Shown: piece after piece, positions 1 through 9,550 of the stretch
How the letters are laid out: each line of letters begins with the position of its first letter
How positions within the stretch are numbered: position 1 is the stretch's first letter
From: a bacterium
Lineage (GTDB): Bacteria; Patescibacteriota; Minisyncoccia; UBA6257; 2-01-FULL-56-20
Reading direction: 5' to 3'
DNA: 64,000 nt
NCBI GenBank assembly: GCA_027310625.1
Contig: DAIDAM010000003.1
Location: forward strand, 67,278 to 131,277
Position numbers and translations under genes: made by a program
Notes under the pieces: model-generated
What the model saw: only the letters and a program-made list of their open reading frames with translations
Databases searched by the model: none
Told to the model about the DNA's origin: nothing

Positions 1-76
1 ACCAGTAGCTCACATTTTGCGCATCCATCGTTCTTCCTTCCTTTGTTAATTTGCATTCTTCGCCGCGGATGCGGCT

Positions 77-466
77 TCAGCCGGGGATTTGCCTCCGCCA
101 GAGGCCGAAGGCGTTCTCGGCGATTTCCTTGCCACAGATTTTCTCTACCTCGTTCCACACGAGGCAGTAGAAAACGAGCCCGAAGAAGAACATGACGACC
201 TGAAATGTCAACGCGTCGCCGAAGTTCGTTTCCTTCCAGCTGAAAATGAATGATACGCCTTCGGCAGCTGACCATAGGAAGAAAAGCTCGCCGGCAATCA
301 GGCGGACACACGGGAAGTTGCTCCAGCGCGGCTCACGCGACTCCTTGAGAACTGACCATGTCAGCGCCGTAGCGAGATTCCCGCCTGGATGAAAAAAGAA
401 CAGCCGGAAGGCGTAGACTAAAGCCAGTCCGACGAGCGCGGTCATGAGAAAAAAGTTGGCTATCAT
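77..466 (-). CDS. small hypothetical membrane protein, ~4 TM helices. The long 77..760 ORF is probably an over-extension; internal Met at 466 is preceded by an aaggaag RBS.
   Basis: hydrophobic helices in translation; RBS-like aaggaag upstream of internal ATG. Confidence 0.35.
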   Translation of the reverse strand: MIANFFLMTALVGLALVYAFRLFFFHPGGNLATALTWSVLKESREPRWSNFPCVRLIAGELFFLWSAAEGVSFIFSWKETNFGDALTFQVVMFFFGLVFYCLVWNEVEKICGKEIAENAFGLWRRQIPG

Positions 467-561
467 TTTTCTTCCTTTCAATTTGCAGTTGTCTTCCGCC
501 GAATAGCGGAAGATACCATCTTGCGATAGTACTGAAAAGATAGCAGTACTTCTGCCGCAAA

Positions 562-1254
562 TCAAGGAGATTTTTTGAATGTGCCCGCGAAAATGCGGAC
601 GAGGAAAACGAAAATGATGAAAAGCGAAGCAATAAGCGAGATTGGAATTAAAAGGTACTTGTACGCCTCCGGGTCGGACCAGTCCTTGAAATCCATAACT
701 CCGACATGAAGCAGAACCAAAAAATAGGCGAGATAACCGAAGCGCTGAACCGATTTCCATCGTTCCATTCCCATCTTCTCTTCAATCGCGGGAATGGAGG
801 AGACCGCGACAATCAGAAAAATGGAGAAGGCAAGGATTCCGAAAAGCAGCGTTGTTTCCCCGATGAGATTTATTTTACCCGCGGCGTCGAAAAAATCGGG
901 ATAATACGCGGGTGAAATAATCGAAGAGGAAATAACCGCGTGCACCGCCGCCGTGCCGAATCCGAAAACTCCGAGCGATTTTCGGAGATACAATTTCGGA
1001 ACGAAGGTTTGCGGCCAAAATTTCGCAAGCGGACCGAGAACAAACGACAAACCGATGATGATTACGCTTGAGAGCGCGAAAACTTTGTTGGAAATGAAAA
1101 ACGGAATCTGGTCGTAAGGAACGTTCCGAACGATGTTGTAGCGGACGAAGGCGTAGACGAAAGACAAAATGAAAACGAAAAGGGAAATGTAAGCGCCTTT
1201 CTTCCAGACGCCCGCCTGCGCAGGCAAGCTTGGCTGATTCCGCGCCGTGTCCAT
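562..1254 (-). CDS. polytopic membrane protein with conserved His in TM helices; possible ferric-reductase/MsrQ-like heme-binding membrane protein
   Basis: 6 predicted TM segments; His in helices (AAVHAVIS, LLHVGVM). Confidence 0.4.
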   Translation of the reverse strand: MDTARNQPSLPAQAGVWKKGAYISLFVFILSFVYAFVRYNIVRNVPYDQIPFFISNKVFALSSVIIIGLSFVLGPLAKFWPQTFVPKLYLRKSLGVFGFGTAAVHAVISSSIISPAYYPDFFDAAGKINLIGETTLLFGILAFSIFLIVAVSSIPAIEEKMGMERWKSVQRFGYLAYFLVLLHVGVMDFKDWSDPEAYKYLLIPISLIASLFIIFVFLVRIFAGTFKKSP

Positions 1255-1353
1255 AATTGAATGTATTTTATCATAATCAAAAAAAGAGCCCCGAGGGTGA
1301 TGCCCGCCGGGGTTGAGTTGGTCGCTCGCGTTCTTCGGTTGGTGGCGGCCGGT

Positions 1354-1869
1354 TTAGCTCGCCACGCGCTTGTAGACGAAGAACGGCATTAGTTGCACGA
1401 CGCGCTCGCGCTTGTTCCACGCCTTGGGGGTGCGCGTTCTCTCCTGCTCGGAATCCTTGCAGAACCAGGAGTCGTACAGATAGGGCTCGGGTTCGGGACA
1501 GACGAAAACATCAATCCAGTCGCTGCCGGGCCGCCATGCTTCAACAACCGCCCGCTTCACATCCCGCTCCACGCGCCAGAGATGCGGTCTCGCGGCTGCA
1601 ACCCAGAGCTCGTGGAAATCGTTCTTCTTCGCCCATTGGACTGCGCCGCGCGCGATGCGGAGGGTCGGCGGCGGCTTGCCTGCCTGCTCGCCGACGTACT
1701 CCACCTGAATGCCCGCTCCGATGGGAATAGGCACGTCAAGCTGGGTGTACACAGGTGCGCCGAGCTCCCATGCTTTCTTGGACGCGATTTCGGCAACCTG
1801 CTTGTTGGAACGCAGTGTCCTCGGCACGCCGAACGCAAATGCAACTACGCCCGCCTTATTAGTTTTCAA
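1354..1869 (-). CDS. hypothetical protein encoded in a high-GC (~60%) patch
   Basis: 171-aa ORF; local GC far above the window average. Confidence 0.4.
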   Translation of the reverse strand: MKTNKAGVVAFAFGVPRTLRSNKQVAEIASKKAWELGAPVYTQLDVPIPIGAGIQVEYVGEQAGKPPPTLRIARGAVQWAKKNDFHELWVAAARPHLWRVERDVKRAVVEAWRPGSDWIDVFVCPEPEPYLYDSWFCKDSEQERTRTPKAWNKRERVVQLMPFFVYKRVAS

Positions 1870-1960
1870 GTGTCACCTCCTACAAAAGTTAAAGGTGATT
1901 GCTACAATTATTTCATATCACATTCAACCGATTTTGTAAACAAAATTACGAAAAAAAGAC

Positions 1961-1980
1961 AGGCTCCGTCCGTGGAGCCC
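1961..1980 (-). terminator. GC hairpin (ggctccgtccgtggagcc) followed by a T-run on the minus strand
   Basis: inverted repeat plus poly-T on minus strand. Confidence 0.4.
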
Positions 1981-2229
1981 GTTTGTGGTTCGCGAAGCGC
2001 CGCCGGCGCTAATGCGCGAGCTAAAGTCCCATGACCACCGCCGAGTCCAGCTTGTCCCCGCCGCTCGGGTAGATTACGCCATAGCTGAAGGGCCCGATAT
2101 CAAACTGGACGCGCCCGCTGCCGATGTCGTTCGGCAAAAGGTCGGAGTTGATGGGGTAAGCGCACTTGTCGTATACTTCCCAAGACGATTTAGCCAAAAA
2201 GCGGATATTAATACAACCCCGCGCTTATG

Positions 2230-2325
2230 AAAGCAGAAGGCGGCACAGTCAATAAACCAAGTGTTCAAACAATGGTGGAAATCGTCAAAGCATTTAGCGT
2301 CTCAATTGAGGATTTGTTAAAATAA
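2230..2325 (+). pseudogene. truncated XRE-family HTH remnant; only the C-terminal half of an HTH_3 domain (…SVQTMVEIVKAFSVSIEDLLK*)
   Basis: 32-aa ORF matching helix 4-5 of Cro/C1 HTH; no N-terminal half. Confidence 0.35.
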
Positions 2326-2425
2326 ACATTAGGAGTTAAAATTAATTAAAAGTAGGAACATGGTCGAGTTTCTGCAACGCCTTCAATAGGTCCAATCCCA
2401 ACAGAATTAATATTTAATCAACCTT

Positions 2426-3520
2426 ATGAAAAAAACATTAATTGCGAAAACACTCGGACTATTAGTAAGTTTGTTTGTATTTGCCGGGGGCACGGTTTTT
2501 GCTCAACAAACAACACTTCCCCCAGCCGGCTTAACGCCCGAAAGCCCATTTTATTTTCTGGATAAGTTAGGCGAATCTCTACAGAGATTTTTCGCTTTCA
2601 ACCCAGAAGCAAGGGCCAGATTAGAGATAACTTTTGCCGCCGAGAGAATCGCCGAGATAAAAGTCGTTCTTCTTGATAAGGGTGTTCAGGCCAAGGGCCT
2701 CACTGTAGCGGAAGCGGGGCTGCAAGATAATCTTTCTCGGGCTGTAGAAATTGTTACGGCGGAAAAGACAAAAGGCAACAACGTAAGTCAGCTCGCCAGC
2801 GCCATTAGCGATGAAGTGAATCAAAATAAAACATTGCTAAAGGGGGCTTTCGGTGAACAAAAACAAACATTAGAATCCAAAGAAAATGAACTTAAAGCCG
2901 CTCTCCGTGAGGCGCGGCGAAGCGGAGACACCGCCAAAGCCGATGCGCTCGCTAAAGAGCTCCAAGACCTGAAGCTTCAAAAAGACGCGCTGGACAAAAA
3001 AGAAGGGGACGATGAAGATGCGATTGAAGCAGAAGATGAAAAATTGGGGGAGCAGATGGGGTTAAAAGATGAGGCGGCAAAGAAAATTAGAGAGGCAGAA
3101 CAAGAAAAAGCTGAAATTGTCAGCGAATTACAAAAAGATGGCGTTGATATTCCCGACGGAACTTTCAGCAAGTTTGACGGTCTTCTTGTTCAAGCCAAAA
3201 CCGCTTTTGATGCCGGCAATTACGCCGATGCCAAACAATTCGCCAAGCAAGCAGAAAAAAATCTTGAAGATGTCGATAAAACGCTTAACGAGTTGAAAGA
3301 TGCCAAAGAACAAGAACAAGAACTGAAAGAAGAAAGCGAGGATGTGCAGAAAGGAACAGAGGAAAAGTTAAAAGAAGCCGATAAAGAAAAAGCAGGGCAG
3401 ATTAAAGAAGAAGGTAAGCGAGAAGAAGAAAGAATTAAAGGGGAACAAAAGCAAAACGAAGAAAGTCAAAAAGGTATTGAAGAAAAGTTGCAGGAGAACA
3501 ATCAAGAGGGAGAACGATAG
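2426..3520 (+). CDS. secreted DUF5667-like coiled-coil protein; signal peptide, PESPFYFLDKLGE motif, E/K-rich C-terminal half
   Basis: N-terminal signal peptide; conserved DUF5667 N-terminal motif; low-complexity EK-rich tail. Confidence 0.7.
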   Translation: MKKTLIAKTLGLLVSLFVFAGGTVFAQQTTLPPAGLTPESPFYFLDKLGESLQRFFAFNPEARARLEITFAAERIAEIKVVLLDKGVQAKGLTVAEAGLQDNLSRAVEIVTAEKTKGNNVSQLASAISDEVNQNKTLLKGAFGEQKQTLESKENELKAALREARRSGDTAKADALAKELQDLKLQKDALDKKEGDDEDAIEAEDEKLGEQMGLKDEAAKKIREAEQEKAEIVSELQKDGVDIPDGTFSKFDGLLVQAKTAFDAGNYADAKQFAKQAEKNLEDVDKTLNELKDAKEQEQELKEESEDVQKGTEEKLKEADKEKAGQIKEEGKREEERIKGEQKQNEESQKGIEEKLQENNQEGER

Positions 3521-3698
3521 TATAGGAAAAAGTTTCCAAGAAATTGGAGCAGGGAGAGATTAAAATTTTTGCAGCGCGCCACTGATTTTTTCTTCTAAAA
3601 GGAAAAGAGAATTTTGCTTGGCGGCGAGCGTCAGCGAGCGGCGGCGGGGCGGATTAGTTCCGCTCAAAATAGGTTCGGATTTGGTCATATAATTGACC

Positions 3699-3752
3699 AC
3701 GAAAACAAAAACTCTCAACAAGAGCATTTTGTTTTCGTGTGCGTCGGGTAGG
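3699..3752. repeat. partial duplicate of the terminator hairpin plus the last ~13 nt of tRNA-Tyr (gagcattttgttttcgtgtgcgtcgggtagga)
   Basis: 32-nt identity with 3899-3930. Confidence 0.55.
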
Positions 3753-3876
3753 AATCTCACTATTTTGAAACCAGGCGGTTTCAACGCTTCGCCGAGTAAG
3801 ACTCGGCTTCGCTGCTTCCGCATCAGGAAAACTTCCGTTTTCCCGACCCCTTTCACGTTCGAATCCTATTTGTATG

Positions 3877-3917
3877 AAAAACAAAATGCTCTCAATTGAG
3901 AGCATTTTGTTTTCGTG
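3877..3917 (-). terminator. rho-independent terminator immediately 3' of tRNA-Tyr; 16-bp stem aaaacaaaatgctctc/gagagcattttgtttt followed by a T-run
   Basis: perfect hairpin plus U-tract on minus strand. Confidence 0.6.
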
Positions 3918-4001
3918 TGCGTCGGGTAGGATTCGAACCTACGTAGGCCATAGGCCGCTTGATTTACAGTCAAGTGCGATTGACCACTCCGCCACCGACG
4001 C
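3918..4001 (-). tRNA. tRNA-Tyr (anticodon GTA), bacterial type with long variable arm; CCA not encoded
   Basis: hand-folded cloverleaf: acceptor GCGTCGG/CCGACGC, anticodon loop CTGTAAA, T-loop TTCGAAT. Confidence 0.8.
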
Positions 4002-4015
4002 ATTCATTTACGAAG

Positions 4016-4375
4016 TTAATTATTATCCGTGCCGGCGGTTTTTTCAACTTTTTCGGAATCCGAGGAGGTTGCGCCGTTCAAATCCTTGAAGTCGATTTTC
4101 GGCTTGCCGTTGCCGTTCGCGGAAACTTTTTTCAATTTTTCGTTGATGAAATTGTCAAATTTCATCAAAACCACTTTCGTTTTTCTCAAAAATTTCGCGA
4201 GAAAGCCGTTGAAAATGGTGTCTATTTTTTCGGGAATTTCCGAAGACGAAAGGCGCTCCAGAAAACCCGGCTTGTCGGAAAGCTTTTCATCAAGGCGCGG
4301 AAGCGAGCGCGCAATCAAATAAAGCATCGTCCCGAGCGACGCCATAAGAATTGTCGTGAGGATGAATTGGAACAT
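4016..4375 (-). CDS. hypothetical N-terminally membrane-anchored protein
   Basis: 119-aa ORF with an N-terminal TM helix. Confidence 0.4.
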   Translation of the reverse strand: MFQFILTTILMASLGTMLYLIARSLPRLDEKLSDKPGFLERLSSSEIPEKIDTIFNGFLAKFLRKTKVVLMKFDNFINEKLKKVSANGNGKPKIDFKDLNGATSSDSEKVEKTAGTDNN

Positions 4376-4552
4376 GCCAATGTTGTTAAAATTTATGAGC
4401 CCAATGCGAAGTAAATTTTACCACAACATTGAGCACCGAGCACATAAATTAATCATGAATATTCATAGACAGAAGGTTAATTTATGTGCTCGGTATAATA
4501 AGATTTGCTAATAAAAATACTGCGCTTTCAGCTTGAATTTTTAAATCAAATC

Positions 4553-4999
4553 TTACAACTCCAACCTTGAAAACGCTTTTACTTTTATCACTTCTCCGAC
4601 TTTTGCGCCGGTAAGTTTTATTATTTCGTCGACGGTTTTCGACTCGTCTTTAATATACGGCTGTTTCAGAAGTTCTTCAACATCGGACGGAGCGGCTGCG
4701 GCTATTTGCATGGCAAGTTCGTGCGCGAGTTTCCTGAACGGTTCGGAACGGACAACGAAATCGGTTTCCGCGCGGATATCCAAAATCACGCCTATTCTTT
4801 CGTTATGAACGTATGACTCTATGAGTCCCGCGGCGGTTTCCCTCCCCGCTCTTTTTTCCATTTTTGCAAGGCCGCGCTCGTGAATTATTTTCACGGCCAA
4901 ATCGAAATCGCCTTTGCTTTCGGCGAGCGCCTGCTTGCATTCCATCACGCCCGCGCCGGTGGCGTCGCGGAGTTTTTTAATGCTATCGGTTTGTTTCAT
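4553..4999 (-). CDS. tsf: elongation factor Ts, short (~150 aa) form
   Basis: conserved EF-Ts N-terminal UBA-like motif (IKKLRDATGAGVMECKQAL). Confidence 0.9.
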   Translation of the reverse strand: MKQTDSIKKLRDATGAGVMECKQALAESKGDFDLAVKIIHERGLAKMEKRAGRETAAGLIESYVHNERIGVILDIRAETDFVVRSEPFRKLAHELAMQIAAAAPSDVEELLKQPYIKDESKTVDEIIKLTGAKVGEVIKVKAFSRLEL

Positions 5000-5018
5000 G
5001 CTGGTTTCTAATCTCTGG

Positions 5019-5062
5019 TCACTTGTCGCTTGTCGCTTGTCGCTGGTCGCTGGTCGCTAATT
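5019..5062. repeat. 6x heptanucleotide tandem repeat (TGGTCGC/TTGTCGC) at the 3' end of rpsB
   Basis: direct reading of period-7 repeat. Confidence 0.9.
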
Positions 5063-5864
5063 TTTCTACATTCGTTGCTTCATTTGGGGCAGAAACTATA
5101 ATCTTTCCCTCTTTTATGGCTTCACCGAGCTTTCCCAAAAACCAGGAAACGCTCGCTCTTGCTTTCGTATTCCCGACAACCGGATATTCAACCACCTCCG
5201 GATCGCAGTCCGTGTTCACATAGGCGACAATGGGAATCCCCGCGCGTTTCGCCTCGCGGATTGCAGCCGCATGCTGGCTCGGGTCTATGACGATAAGAAG
5301 TCCGGGCAACTCCGAATAATTTTCCAATCCGCCGAAAAGTTCGTCCAGCCGCTTCAGTTCCTTTTCAAATCCGAGCTGCTCTTTCTTTGTGTACTTCTGC
5401 ATCGCGCCGCTTTTGAATTCGGATTTAAGCTTTTTGTAATAATCTATTCTTTTCGATATCACTTTGAAATTGGTTATAAGCCCGCCGAGCCAGCGAACGT
5501 TGACGTACGGAATGCCGAATTCTTTTGCGAATCCCGCGACAGCTTCGGCGGCGTGCGGCTGCGTTCCAACAATCATGAATTTCCCGCCGCCTGCCTGCCC
5601 GCCTGCGCGGTCAGGCGCAGGCAAGCTTCTCGTTTTTTCTTTCACGAAACCGAGGGCGTTATTTAACCCATCCATCGTTTTCTGGAGATTTATTATCTCA
5701 ACCTCGTTCCTTGTCGCAAGAATATAAGGCCTCATGCGCGGATGGGTCTTTGACTTTTTCCTGCCGATGAAAACGCCAATGTCCGCAAGCTCCTTAAGCG
5801 CCCCCTCGGGATAAACGTCCGTTAAGTTGTCCTGTTTTACCTCGTTCATAATACATAAATACAA
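5019..5864 (-). CDS. rpsB: 30S ribosomal protein S2; the start may be the internal ATG at 5849; the C-terminus (ATSDQRQATSDK) is encoded by a 6x heptamer repeat
   Basis: S2 signature throughout; 3' end consists of tggtcgc/ttgtcgc x6. Confidence 0.9.
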   Translation of the reverse strand: MYLCIMNEVKQDNLTDVYPEGALKELADIGVFIGRKKSKTHPRMRPYILATRNEVEIINLQKTMDGLNNALGFVKEKTRSLPAPDRAGGQAGGGKFMIVGTQPHAAEAVAGFAKEFGIPYVNVRWLGGLITNFKVISKRIDYYKKLKSEFKSGAMQKYTKKEQLGFEKELKRLDELFGGLENYSELPGLLIVIDPSQHAAAIREAKRAGIPIVAYVNTDCDPEVVEYPVVGNTKARASVSWFLGKLGEAIKEGKIIVSAPNEATNVEKLATSDQRQATSDK

Positions 5865-6186
5865 ACATCAGCAATAATCAGCTCCTATCAGCATTTATCA
5901 GCGTTCGTGTCATGAATGAACTTTTTGCGCTGATTTATGCCGATTTTTGCCGATTTATGCTGATGCGGCCGAATAACATTAAAGATTGTAAGCGATGGCG
6001 GTTTTTTTGGCAAATTTAGCATGTTCAAAACTTCACCACTTCACCACCAATTTCCTAAGCCTACCATCGCCACATAAAAAATCTATTCCAATATTCTTAA
6101 GAATACTAGAATAGATTTTCGCAACTGCTTTCCGAAAAATTGCCCGTCAGTAGATTTCTGTATCACCATAGGGTAAACTTAACCAC

Positions 6187-7048
6187 AATGAAAGAAACAG
6201 AAAAAATTACTCCTGCTGAACAAGGTGGTGATGTTTCGGATGTTGATAAAATCGAGCGTTTTATTGAGCAAATCGCATCCGAATATCGCGCGGCGGGCAT
6301 ACCAATTAACAACGATGGACGGTTAGATATGCAAGCATATTCCAAACTTTACCTCGATGTTGAAAAAGACACAGCGCGCACGCGCGAATGGGAAAAAGAA
6401 TGGTTTGGCGACGTCCCTGAAAAAGACATTGGAGAAAAAAGGCGGATGATGGAAGGTGAACAGCTCGAAATGCTGACCTATGCGATTTTCACCAAATACC
6501 TGGGGGAGGATTTCGTTGTGGCTCGCACTTCTCCGCATGACGATAGGGTAAACAAGGTAGACACAATAATTCTCGACAGAAAAACCGGAGCGCTCGTTTG
6601 CGCTTTTGATGAGGTCGGTGACACAACGGGGGTAAATTACGAAAAGAAAATTGCGCTCGTCCGCGAAAACAACCTTAGGGGCGGAGCTTCCCTAAAATAC
6701 GGCTTGGGAGTAAAAGTTGAAGGCGATAAACGAGTTCTCTTGCTCACATCGGGAAGCAACATTCCTGTTTTTTACATTGCTCTCCCTCCTGACCGCATTA
6801 AAAAAGGTGTTAAAGAATTCCTGCCCAACAAAAACATCAAGTCCGAATTTGAAAAAAAGTTGTTTTCTTATTTTGTGGCAACAATCACTGCTCAAATTAA
6901 CGGCTTGGAGCTTTATGAAAAGCGATTAAATCCACAATTAAAAGACAAACTTGCGACATTCAAAAAAATAATGAGGCAACTTAAAGAAATTCAGGAAAAG
7001 AAAGATTCCTCCGCAGAACAACCGCAAAGAATAAAATTGGGCGGCTAG
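6187..7048 (+). CDS. hypothetical protein; the ORF opens at 6140, and ATG at 6187 (MKETEK) is a plausible start
   Basis: long ORF with no recognised family. Confidence 0.5.
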
Positions 7049-7060
7049 CTAAGAGATTTT

Positions 7061-7459
7061 CTAATCAGAAAACAAAAGCTTTTTTATCTCTATTGCAAGC
7101 TCATCATAATTTTTCTTCACCTCAAGGAACTTTCTAAGTTTATCCTCATTTCCTGATAATCTTTCTCTTACTTTTTCTAACATGTTTTTAGTCAGTTCGT
7201 TATACTCTGTTGAATTTTTCCACCTCCAAAATTCTCTAGGCGTATAAGGTGCACTCGGCATGCCACGAGCGTCATCAATGCTTAGTATATATAGTAAGTC
7301 TCTAATTCTTCCTTCATTTATTGCCGCTTGTTCTTTATAATCTTCTTCATCGTCAGAGCCTCTATCTCTAGCTAAGTCAGCATCAATTATCTGGTCAAGT
7401 TCATCAAGAGAAATTTCTCCGCTTTTAATTTCTTGCTTAGCAAACTTTTCAGATTTCAT
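7061..7459 (-). CDS. hypothetical protein, 133 aa; the 7061..7783 ORF appears over-extended into a GC-rich region; ATG at 7459 has an aagggg RBS
   Basis: composition break at ~7460; RBS before internal Met. Confidence 0.45.
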   Translation of the reverse strand: MKSEKFAKQEIKSGEISLDELDQIIDADLARDRGSDDEEDYKEQAAINEGRIRDLLYILSIDDARGMPSAPYTPREFWRWKNSTEYNELTKNMLEKVRERLSGNEDKLRKFLEVKKNYDELAIEIKKLLFSD

Positions 7460-7534
7460 AGTTTTTATAGTAATCCCCTTTATATATTGTGTCAAGTGTA
7501 CATGTATCAAGTGCTCATTTGCAGTATAAAAATG

Positions 7535-7625
7535 CCCTCGTGGCGTTGCACCACGAGGGACTTGTTGGTGAGCCGAGTCCGCAGAACTCGGCCTTTGTCC
7601 GCCGTAGCTTTTAGCATAGGCGGAC
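7535..7625. other. three consecutive GC-rich hairpins (ccctcgtgg…ccacgaggg; gccgagt…actcggc; gtccgcc…ggcggac) between two minus-strand genes
   Basis: three perfect inverted repeats with 7-9 bp stems. Confidence 0.6.
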
Positions 7626-7662
7626 GATTGAGTTGGTTTAACGCGCTGCAGCACGTTTAGAA

Positions 7663-8508
7663 CTAGCCGAGGAGCCGGGCGGCGACCTCGGCGAGCGTCC
7701 GCGGGTTCACCTTGGACAGGTTCTCGGCCGGGGCCTTGCGCGACCCGCGGCAGAAGAGGAACCCGGCCGGGTGAGCGAACCAATCACTCACTTCGCCCGC
7801 GGCCTCGACGACCGCGCGGAGCTCAGTGTGGTCCATCCGGAGTTTCTCTTCCCCGTGCCGGATAATGCCAAGGTTACAGCCGTCCACGTAAACAATCACG
7901 CGGATGTCGCGCTCGTCGAAGAGGACACCATTCGTTCCGAACTCGCGAGAATTCGTTACGATGGCGACCTTGCCGCCGTCGAGCACATCGGCCTTGTCGG
8001 CCTCGGCCGCAGCCCGCTGGCGAGCACGTCCCGCCTGGAGCATGCCTGAGAGAATCTCCGACATCCGCTCACAGACGATGGCGTCGTTGCGCGGGTGCGT
8101 CGCCTGAAGCGCGCGCAGAACGGCGTTGAGGCCGGTCATGGCGAGCGTCTCCTGCGCCTCGCGGTTCACCCCGGGAACGAGGAACTTCACGGTGGAGCCG
8201 TGCGCGTCCTGCGCGTCCACGAAACGGACGATGCTGGCGAGGGCCGACTGGTCGCTCGGCGAGGCGTACTGCGCGACGATCGAAGCGATGCAGGAGTGAA
8301 CGATGCCATTCTCTCCCTTCTCGCCCTTCATGCCGCGGCCGCCGGCCGGGATGTCCACGGCGAGGTCGCCCTCCGCCATGTCGTTGCCGTCCCAGTTGGC
8401 GGGGCGGAACTCGGCGGCGGCGTCCTTCGCGCCGGGGATGAACTGCTTGGCCGCCCAAATTGAACAGGCGGCATCCAAATCCACCACTGTATGCGTGAAG
8501 ATTTTCAC
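7663..8508 (-). CDS. hypothetical protein, high-GC (~62%)
   Basis: 281-aa ORF; composition distinct from the rest of the contig. Confidence 0.5.
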   Translation of the reverse strand: MKIFTHTVVDLDAACSIWAAKQFIPGAKDAAAEFRPANWDGNDMAEGDLAVDIPAGGRGMKGEKGENGIVHSCIASIVAQYASPSDQSALASIVRFVDAQDAHGSTVKFLVPGVNREAQETLAMTGLNAVLRALQATHPRNDAIVCERMSEILSGMLQAGRARQRAAAEADKADVLDGGKVAIVTNSREFGTNGVLFDERDIRVIVYVDGCNLGIIRHGEEKLRMDHTELRAVVEAAGEVSDWFAHPAGFLFCRGSRKAPAENLSKVNPRTLAEVAARLLG

Positions 8509-8635
8509 AATCTTCTCCTTATTCGCTTCTCAATCTGTTTCGGCCTTTTAGGCCATCATCAGGGTAAGTACCATACTTACCGACAGAGAGGGCTTTTGTT
8601 ATTTTTATCCAGTGCCCTCGAACTGGAATTTACTG

Positions 8636-9550
8636 TTACTGCTTCACGCCCACCCGCTTCCATAGGTCGGGGTGGTCGTATTTCTCTGCAAGGTGCAGGA
8701 TTTCCTCTTGCGAGAACTTCCCAGAGTCGAGAACACGGCTCCAGTGCCCACAAGTCCTCCCGATGGCCTCCAGTTGCTCCCTGGTCGCCGCCGCCATGTC
8801 CAAAACATCGAAGATGGCTTGAACGAATGGTGCGTTCCAGCGCGGGTTTTGCCTGATGCCTTCGAGGAAAACTTCTATCCGCTCTTTTTCTTCCAACTTG
8901 CGGAACTCACGGCGCACCTTGTCGCCGTAGAATTTGTAGTCCTCGAAGTCGTGGAAGCCCCCGCTGAAGTTCTGGATCTGAGCGAGCTCCCCAATGGTCA
9001 GGTCAGCACAATGAAGCACCGTCGACCAGGAGATTTTCTTCTCCATTGCCAACCGCCACATCCGTGCTTTCGAGACGTGCCCGATCTCACACAGTGCAGT
9101 CAGCGCAATGCCGTGGTCGCGCTTGAACTGGTCGAGTTCGTTCTCCTTCAAGTTGTATGCTCTGATGAGCGACTTCCAGAAGTGCGTCCAGAGCCAACCG
9201 GTGTGAGCGATTTTGATCGCCTTTGCCCGCGACACACCTTGCCATGTGATTTTTGACCACAGGCGGTACTGCATCGAGCTGTCTTTCACGCGGAGCGCAA
9301 GTCCCAACAGTTCCTCCTGTGTCGGCTCGCAGTGATCAAGCACCGCATGCGCGACAAAGTGCGTATGCTTATGCGCCTTTTCGAGATCGTCGAGAATCCG
9401 CGGCAGATCGGCAAAGCCAATCGTCCGTTGCTTCACCAACTCTTCCCATGCCGTGGAAGAGTTGAGTTCGAGCGCCAGCGCGCACGCCCTCTTGCTTTCA
9501 CCATTTGCAACCGCGAGGCGCAACTGCGCCTCTTTTTTTGCCGTATCCAT
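8636..9550 (-). CDS. hypothetical all-alpha protein, high-GC; probable start MDTAKKEAQ at 9550 (ggag RBS)
   Basis: long ORF; RBS before internal Met; high GC. Confidence 0.5.
   Translation of the reverse strand: MDTAKKEAQLRLAVANGESKRACALALELNSSTAWEELVKQRTIGFADLPRILDDLEKAHKHTHFVAHAVLDHCEPTQEELLGLALRVKDSSMQYRLWSKITWQGVSRAKAIKIAHTGWLWTHFWKSLIRAYNLKENELDQFKRDHGIALTALCEIGHVSKARMWRLAMEKKISWSTVLHCADLTIGELAQIQNFSGGFHDFEDYKFYGDKVRREFRKLEEKERIEVFLEGIRQNPRWNAPFVQAIFDVLDMAAATREQLEAIGRTCGHWSRVLDSGKFSQEEILHLAEKYDHPDLWKRVGVKQ

Noticed and set aside
77-760. 227-aa ORF on the minus strand
   Set aside because: Its upstream 98 codons overlap the better-supported membrane protein 562-1254 in another frame. The internal Met at 466 with an RBS is the likelier start, so the ORF was reduced to 77-466.
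5019-5062. Heptamer tandem arrays considered as possible CRISPR arrays
   Set aside because: Units are 7 nt with no unique spacers, they lie inside ORFs, and no cas genes are present in the window.
7061-7783. 240-aa ORF
   Set aside because: The N-terminal 108 codons run through the GC-rich hairpin region and into the neighbouring gene's 3' side. An internal start at 7459 with an RBS is preferred.
8069-8463. Arg/Gly-rich ORFs overlapping the 7663-8508 gene
   Set aside because: Alternative-frame artefacts of high-GC DNA.
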